Assembly (NCBI GenBank): GCA_049999805.1
Contig: JBNGIO010004662.1
Span: 1 to 37,525 of the forward strand
Source of the DNA: Folioceros fuciformis
Taxonomy: Eukaryota
Direction of reading: 5' to 3'
DNA length: 37,525 nt
Shown here: positions 30,900-37,525 of the stretch, piece by piece
How the letters are laid out: every line of letters begins with the position of its first letter
How positions within the stretch are numbered: the stretch's first letter is position 1
Program-made: the position numbers and the translations under genes
Notes under the pieces: generated by a model
Database searches by the model: none
What the model was told of the DNA's origin: nothing
Seen by the model: the letters and a program-made list of their open reading frames with translations, nothing else

Positions 30900-33540
30900 G
30901 TAAATGGTTCCTTCACGGAACGCTTTGACATCACCCACTATGTTTGGCAAGGTTGCCCTCTTGCCCCTTCCTTGTTTATTATTGTTGTTGATTTCTTTCT
31001 TAGAGCCATGAAGCAAGACTCGCATATTGAAGGCATCTAGGCACCAGATGGGTCGCAACTTCGCATCTCCGCCTCTGCGGATGACACAATGCTCTTTTCT
31101 ACGGCGTCTGAACCCTCTCTACAAGCTATGCTTCATCAAGTGCAGGTTTTTGGGCAACTATCTGGTTGCGGGGTCAACTGGGGGAAGACTTGCATGATAT
31201 GCTTGAATATGGAAAGTGGGATACCAAAGTGCATTAGCCATATTATGCGGGTGCACCCTGTTTCTTCACACAAATATTTGGGCTTATCTTTTCAGGAGAT
31301 AGAGGAGAACGGGGAAATTGGTAAATTTGTGTTGTGCAGGTTTATTCGAAAAGCCACAGGTCTCCGTCTACTGCAACTTAGTCTTGCAGGCAGAGTGATG
31401 GTTATAAACCATACCTTGATCACCTCGTTGTGGTATTATTTCTTTCTTTGGGCTCCTTCCAAGGTGGAATACAAACACTTGCAGCTAGTCTTGTCCAGGA
31501 GCACTAGGGCTAGTGGACCTGCTTTGCAAGCCTAAAGCTCTACATCCACAATTGGTTCTCCGAGTGGTAGACCCATCACCATACCCATGGAAGAGTTTTC
31601 TTACTCAACATCTAGAGCGCACACAAGCTATTTCGCAGGGGAGAAGAAACACAGACAACATCTTGGTAGATAGGCCCCTCTTGGCGGGAACTGCACCTGG
31701 ATCACCTACGGAAGTGTCTGCAGAGGTGCCGGGAAACCAATCTCAAGCTCCACCCTGGCAAGTGCTACTTCAGGATGACGGAAGGCATCCTACTGGCTCA
31801 TCGAGTGTCAGCACGGGGACTACAGGTGGACCACGAGAAGGTCAAAGTAATCGCTGAGATGGACGCCCCGCAAAACGTGAGACAGGTACGCGCCTTTGTC
31901 GGTTTGGTAGGGTATTACCGCCGCTTCGTCTGCAACTTTGCCAAGAAGGCTGCTCCTCTTACCCAGCTCACCAAGAAAGTCGTCCCTTTCGAGTGGACCG
32001 CTGAGAGACAGGCAGCATTCCAACAATTGAAGGCAGGCCTTGTTCGGGCACCAACGCTACAACCTCCGAACTGGGAGAAGACGTTCCACATGGACGTGGA
32101 TGTGTCCGCTTACGCCATCGGCGCTATCCTCAGCCAGCGGGACGCACAGAGTCGTGACCATCCCATCTTTTACGCTAGCAGGCAACTGACTAATGCAGAG
32201 CGGAATTATTCAACGACTGAACGAGAAGCGTTGGGCATCATCTATGCCTGCAAGAAATTCCGACATTACCTCTTGGCGTGCAAGGCAGTGTTCCATGTGG
32301 ATCACTTTGCATTGAAATACTTGGTCAACAAGCCGGACCTTTCGGGAAGCCCCGTTATTCGAGGCAATATGGGATAGCTATGTGGAGGTAAAGAACCTCC
32401 TTCGTCTTATTAAGCCTTGTTGTATGGATGAAGTGTTGGGCCTTCCTCTGCAAGGCTTTCAAAGTCTTTTGTGCCAAGGGTTCCTATCACGGGTTTATCA
32501 GTCTCAAATTTTTAGGAGGGCTAGTAGACAAGGATTGTCGCATGTGGGTCACTTGTGGAACAAGGCAGAGAGCTGCTGGAAGGAGGTGGTCATGCTGAAG
32601 AAAGAATTTGGCTTTCTTGCTTGCCATCTGAGGGTCATTTTCCGGTGGCTGTAGAGTGGCATGGACAAGGGTGCCAAACAGGCTCTGATGATCCCAGCAG
32701 AGGCAGAAGCAGACACTTAAGGAGCCTATACACTCGAAGGCAGGATAGAGGATGAGGATGTAGATGAGGATTGCTCCCTTCTGGAGTTTGATCGTGCAAT
32801 CTTCATTCTAACTTGGATAATCGGAGAACTTCTTTGTCCTTTAGAGTGGCGTCACCCAATGGTCTTCTAGAACGACTAGAAAGAGAAGAAGGAGCGATTC
32901 ACAGGAGGTCACTACAGCCTATTACGGTCTAGTCCCACTCTTCTAGAGCGGGTAGATGGTTAATAGAGGACGAGATGCCCAAGGAACATCACCTGGAACT
33001 GAACTCAAGGAGGCGGTGCTGATTTCGTCTTGTGGAGAACTAGGAGCTCACATTCAGACTTGATCTTTTTAGATGGCCCAAACGCTCTAATGGTTGCCCG
33101 AAGGCTCCACCTCCCTCTTTAAATTTTCTACTGCAGCTGTTTATTCATGGCTGATTAAGCAACATAGGAGCCACAAGCATGAGATGATGTCTCCTAGGAT
33201 GAGGATGCCCGTCCTTCGGCAATGTTGTTCTCTTCATCTTCTTTGGACAGCCGTGGGGGTCCTTTGAAAGGTCAGACTAATAGTATGGTGCTTTTTTCAA
33301 GCTTGCTTGCGCACTGCGAACTGGTGGGATGGTTTGCTGGTCGCTGCTGGGGAGGAATTTTGCAGGATGTGTTCTGTAGGGGCGCCAAACAAAAGTTAGC
33401 ACCTCTTATTTCGATATGAGTATGTGCAAGGGGTCCAGAGGGAGGTCGGCAATTGGTTGTAGTGCCACTTTCCCGTGGCAAACGTAACTATTGCAGAATC
33501 TCCTTGGAGCCGTGTATGTTTTTGTCCATAGAAGCATTAT
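30900..33540 (+). mobile_element. Decayed non-LTR retrotransposon (LINE, L1/Tx1-like) ORF2: RT and C-terminal region; boundaries approximate
   Basis: VWQGCPLAPSLFIIVVD (cf. VRQGCPLSPLLF), SADDT (cf. YADD), SGCGVNWGKT, KYLGL, LSLAGRVMVIN; the frame resumes after 32348 (AIWDSYVEVKNLL...GLSHVGHLWN); many stops; (TA)n at ~33538-33555 near the presumed 3' end. Confidence 0.8.
31691..32348 (+). mobile_element. Ty3/gypsy pol fragment (end of RT + RNase H) inserted in the LINE
   Basis: Uninterrupted frame LHLDHLRKCLQRCRETNLKLHPGKCYF...VRAFVGLVGYYRRFV...VDVSAYAIGAILSQ...ERNYSTTEREALGIIYACKKFRHYL...VDHFALKYL; flanked by CGGGAA at 31685-31690 and 32343-32348. Confidence 0.92.
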
Positions 33541-34389
33541 ATATATATATATATAAACTAAATTTATTTATCTAATAAAAATAATTAATAAAAATTAAAG
33601 AATCCTTATAAAATATGCCTAAATATCATAGCTAATCCTATGTGTGAAAAAAATCTTAAGGATTGATAAGAGGAGAAAATGATATGAGGAATTGGTAGGA
33701 ATTAATGAAAGCATATGTTATTCTTATTAAACATGATGGAAAACGGTCTTCCTCCAAAAGATTATTTTTTATTATTGAAAAAGAAGTAGAAATTTCTATC
33801 CAATGAGAAGAAATAATCCGAATAGGGCCAAAGACCAAATGAGTACTAACATCTCGGAAGATCATTCTCAAAATTGCTTATTGCTAGTGTTCCTAAAAAG
33901 TCGACCTTAAAGAGATGAGACAAGCCACCCACTCGTCACTAAGAACTAGCTCGAACGGCATTGCACCTAAAACTACTCATGCTTGAAACTACTCATGCCT
34001 AAGACTACTCATAGCACCAAGATATCATGTCTCAAAGGAGAAAGGGTCTACTTACTTTTTAAGTATTTTTATAAATGTCTATATATACCTTAATATATAA
34101 ATAGATGTATATATTATTATATTTATAAATAATTGAAAAATTACTCACATCCACTGTTGTTCGCTAAGGTCCACTTCAAGAATATTATACTTCTAGGGTT
34201 TAGATTGGAGCAACAATCCAAGCAAGGCTAAAGCCCAAAAGGTACTAGCCCCTCCAAACATCATTCTGAAAGACTACCTGCTGATCCCAAAATGTTGTGA
34301 TGTGGAGTAACAAGAAGTCTACTTACCACATATGTCCAAATACTGGTTTAGGGTTTAGAGTTTTGATAGACTAGCATTGCAATTAGGTT

Positions 34390-35028
34390 TCAAGTCAATT
34401 TACCATGAAGCAATTGAATGCAATTATAATGATTATATCCATTGTACCATATGGTGATGATCCTTGAGTCATTCTTGCGTCGTTCAGTGGGCTCATACGT
34501 TTGCAGAGGCATGGCACCACCCTTGCACTCCACATAAACGCGGATGGGCCGACGTAGAACTTGTGCTAACATCACTATCTCGAGTTCGCCACCCCATATC
34601 GTGTCCTTCTTCATCTCTGTCACGTAGTCATCAAAGTCCCCTTCCACCATATCCTTGTAGGTTTCCCGTTGTCTCTCTAACTCAGCAACAGTGCGTCTTC
34701 GAAGAACATCTGCCACATTCCCTTGCATCTCATCATCCAATGCTTTTGAACCCTCGAAGTTTGATGCTGCTACAGAGCGGAATAAGCACTTGCCATCCTC
34801 TTTAACATGTATGAGTTTGAACTCATCTTGGTTGAGTATTTGACATCCATTAGGTGCTATAAAGGAATTGCCACTTCTATAGGGCGATGCTACCTTTCCA
34901 TGCTTGTGAACTTTTTGTGCTTTACGTGAGTTAATGGCTTTCTTTGTTCTTTTGCGCTTCATTGGAACCTCCATCTTGTGCGATGCATCCAGATCACGTG
35001 CTCTATGTTTGTCCTCAAGGTGCCCCAT
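34390..35028 (-). CDS. OTU-domain cysteine protease (plant OTU4-like), 212 aa, intronless, probably transposon-borne
   Basis: VKEDGKCLFRSVA (Asp/Cys), EGDFDDYVTEM, WGGELEI, RPIRVY, WYNGYNHY (His); basic N-terminal PMKRKRTKK. Confidence 0.85.
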   Translation of the reverse strand: MGHLEDKHRARDLDASHKMEVPMKRKRTKKAINSRKAQKVHKHGKVASPYRSGNSFIAPNGCQILNQDEFKLIHVKEDGKCLFRSVAASNFEGSKALDDEMQGNVADVLRRRTVAELERQRETYKDMVEGDFDDYVTEMKKDTIWGGELEIVMLAQVLRRPIRVYVECKGGAMPLQTYEPTERRKNDSRIITIWYNGYNHYNCIQLLHGKLT

Positions 35029-35244
35029 TGACTTGACTATGTCGCAGCTAGTTACAATTCACCCGTCTTAAATTTTGGAACATTGCAAACAAAAAAACAA
35101 TTTGTTAAATCACTCTTAAAACAAGGCGTGCTGCTTATACATATGAATAAGGGGCACTACTTCTTAAGCAGTGCTCCTTATGTTTATATAAGGAAGACCT
35201 TAATATGTAGCATGTGCCACTAGGTTTTTATAATCATAGAGTGC

Positions 35245-35465
35245 CAAGAAACTTGGTAAAAGAAAGAAACTTACTTATAGAAAGAAACTTGGTTATAATA
35301 AGAAACTAGGTTATAAAAAAAAACTAGTACTTTATTTATTTGAGAAGAACAAGATGGAAAACCCATCTACCCCTAAAGACGGAGATAACTTAGTTATAGA
35401 AAGAAACTTAGTTATAGTAAAAAACTTGTTTAAAGCAAGAAACTTGTTATAGTAAGAAACTTGAT
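35245..35465. repeat. Degenerate short tandem repeats (AAGAAACTT.GTTATA.)
   Basis: The AGAAACTT/GTTATA motif recurs about ten times. Confidence 0.7.
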
Positions 35466-36307
35466 TCACTTTAGGGCCACTAAAGCCTTGGGCCTCTCTC
35501 CCACCCTAGTTTATAGGAATGTGTGTACTAGTTCTCACTATTTACCTATACATGAATTAAATATGACAATAATGAACTCGACACTCTACAAGGATAGAGG
35601 AGGGCAATAGCAATTGAACATTAGGGCTTCTAGAATATGCAACATAACCCAAGGTGTTCACACATGTCCACGTTGTATCCTAGTTCGTGATGCCTTCACC
35701 TTAGTTTGAAAATGCGGGCCTTGCTATAGAGACAACTTATAGTAAAGTGATACAACCCACATAGTAATTGCAAGGAACCCTAGACATTAAGACAAGTTTC
35801 ACTCTTTGCCTTGTGCAACAAGTTGCTTACTAAAGTGACAACTTGTTAAACATGCTGGATATTGTAACAACCACTAAAACAAAAAAATCGTAACAAAAGC
35901 CTATGTTTGTAGTAGTAGTTCCATTTCATAGCTCTAAAAACTCTTCTAACATGCTTTACGTATACCCATCAAAATTAGGGATAATATGTGGATTGAGAAC
36001 AATAAGGAGCTTAAGCTCTAAACTTTTTTGGCTTTGAGCTCAACTAACAAGGGAAGCTATTAACATGACTAGCCAAATGGATGAAATTGCTGACTTGCAG
36101 CCAAATGGGTAGTAGAACTTGTATGTTACTAATGCAAGGCAGATGTTGCAAGACTCCAATCCAAAGGCATTCAATCATGCATATGATGTACATGCTAGCA
36201 TGTTTGCTGTTATCACCATGGACCCACCTATGTTGTGGAGGGCTTAGTTTGGTGTGAACTAACTTGCTATGTATGGGGCTTGGAATGTGGTGAGAGCCTA
36301 TGCTTTA

Positions 36308-36347
36308 CTCGAAAGTGCCATATAACTCTCGAAAGTGCCATATAACT
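36308..36347. repeat. 20-bp tandem duplication
   Basis: CTCGAAAGTGCCATATAACT x2. Confidence 0.85.
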
Positions 36348-36611
36348 TTCTTAGGAACTTTATTGCTACCATTCTTAAGAGTTGTTTATTTGATAAACAT
36401 ATTTGCACCACATTTAGTGCATTGAATATCATCAAATAGTCCTTGAAACAACAAACAATAATTCACATAATTATGTGAGAATGCAGGTCCTTTTATGTCG
36501 AGGTGTATATGACGCCCAAGTTTGCTTGTCATTCGGTCACACAACGTCGTTTAAAAGTTCGTCATTCTACACTCACGGCGTAATGCATCATAGAGGTTCG
36601 CCCTATGGATA

Positions 36612-36644
36612 CTGGCCACTAGTAGTGGCCGGCTGGGTTCCTAG
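36612..36644 (+). mobile_element. Candidate Helitron 3' terminus (GC-rich hairpin + CTAG|T)
   Basis: GGCCACT-AGT-AGTGGCC hairpin (36614-36630), 10 nt spacer, CTAG at 36641-36644, then T. Confidence 0.45.
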
Positions 36645-37317
36645 TGATCACCGACAGCTACCAGGAACCCTTTGTAGTTGGAACCAACGCCCGCTGTTGA
36701 TTCGGTCAATTCAACCCCCAAATGTAAAAGTAGGACTCAGGATGTTATGTTTGCTTTGGCCATGGAGGCTAGCTTTCTATCCTTTCAGGGAGTGCCTATA
36801 CACTATACTTATTGGCGTTTCTCTTCGGGCTGATCTTTTCCTCAACTAGGGAGATCATCAAGTTTTTATTCCATGTGGGTCGTGGTTTGTTTGCAAGCAT
36901 GTTATCCTCAACTCCTCATGTTGAGCAGTAGAGGGGAGCACATCGGCCAAGGGTCACAAGTACACCCCTTTACAGGCTAGACATGCCTTTATCCTCCTTG
37001 CCATTGAGACCCAGGGGCCATGTGCAAGGCATTTTCCAAGTATTTGAAGTCTTGCACCAAGGCAGTTCATAACAGGAAAAATGGGCTTGGTCTTCCTCTT
37101 TCATATATTGTAGTGTTTTTTGAGCAGAGGGTTTATATTGCTCTACTTCAAGTGTTGGCTAATGCTATAGATGCGTTATATTTCTGTTATGGTTTATCTC
37201 CTTCTATAGGGGTAGATGGATTAATGTAGACTAAACCATGATGTTTTAGATGTTTTTGGTAGTCATTAGGCTTTAAGGGGATAGCCTTTAGTGTCCTTAT
37301 TATGGTTTATCTCCTTA

Positions 37318-37525
37318 GAGGTAGATTGGTTTTCTCATCTTGTTTTTCTAAAAAAAATAAAGATATCTTCTTACAATCAAAACATCTAGGTGTAGAAGGG
37401 TTTTCTCCATCTTTTTTTTCTAAAAAAAATAAAGGTATCTTTTTACAATCAAAACATTTAGGTGTAGATGCGTTTTCTCATCTTGTTTTTTCTAAAAAAA
37501 ATAAAGGTATCTTTTTACAATCAAA
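37318..37525. repeat. ~70-bp tandem repeat x3, running off the window end
   Basis: GTAGA..GTTTTCTC.ATCTT.TTTTTCTAAAAAAAATAAAG.TATCTT.TTACAATCAAA units. Confidence 0.88.

Noticed and set aside
33640-33960. AT-rich stretch that looked like organellar DNA (NUPT/NUMT)
   Set aside because: The translations I tried match no plastid or mitochondrial gene I recognise; BLAST against organelle genomes would be needed.
34190-34365. Telomere-like TAGGGTTT motifs
   Set aside because: Fewer than two full consecutive TTTAGGG units; not an interstitial telomeric array.
36475-37229. ORFs 36475-36849 and 37020-37229
   Set aside because: No motifs; they lie in repeat-derived sequence.

Overview
Eukaryotic nuclear DNA from a seed-free land plant, most likely a hornwort (inference from a PLS-PPR ending in a 'PGQSWW' box, a flagellum-type EF-hand/WD40 gene, ~90-120 bp introns and very tight gene spacing). 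Bases 1-24.6 kb are GC-rich and hold ten genes: a tail-to-tail pair of SAUL1/PUB44-like U-box/ARM paralogs (the + copy is partial and frameshifted), a WDR49/CFAP337-like gene, a PLS-PPR editing-factor gene, EAF6, EMB2735, IPUT1, mitoribosomal S34, thylakoid TL17 and an hnRNP A/B-Musashi-like RNA-binding gene. From ~24.7 kb to the end the DNA is AT-rich and repeat-derived: a complete but decayed PIF/Harbinger (TIRs, TAA TSD, Myb + DDE ORFs), a decayed LINE interrupted by an intact Ty3/gypsy pol fragment flanked by CGGGAA, an intact OTU protease ORF, a Helitron-like 3' end, and a repeat family in inverted orientation at both ends of the block. Best candidates for undescribed biology are an in-frame EAF6-EMB2735 splice-fusion or bicistronic arrangement, and an apparent autoregulatory module in the hnRNP gene (UAG cluster plus a hairpin that displays a cryptic 5' splice site of a poison exon). 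All exon models and family calls were made by eye, with no database searches.
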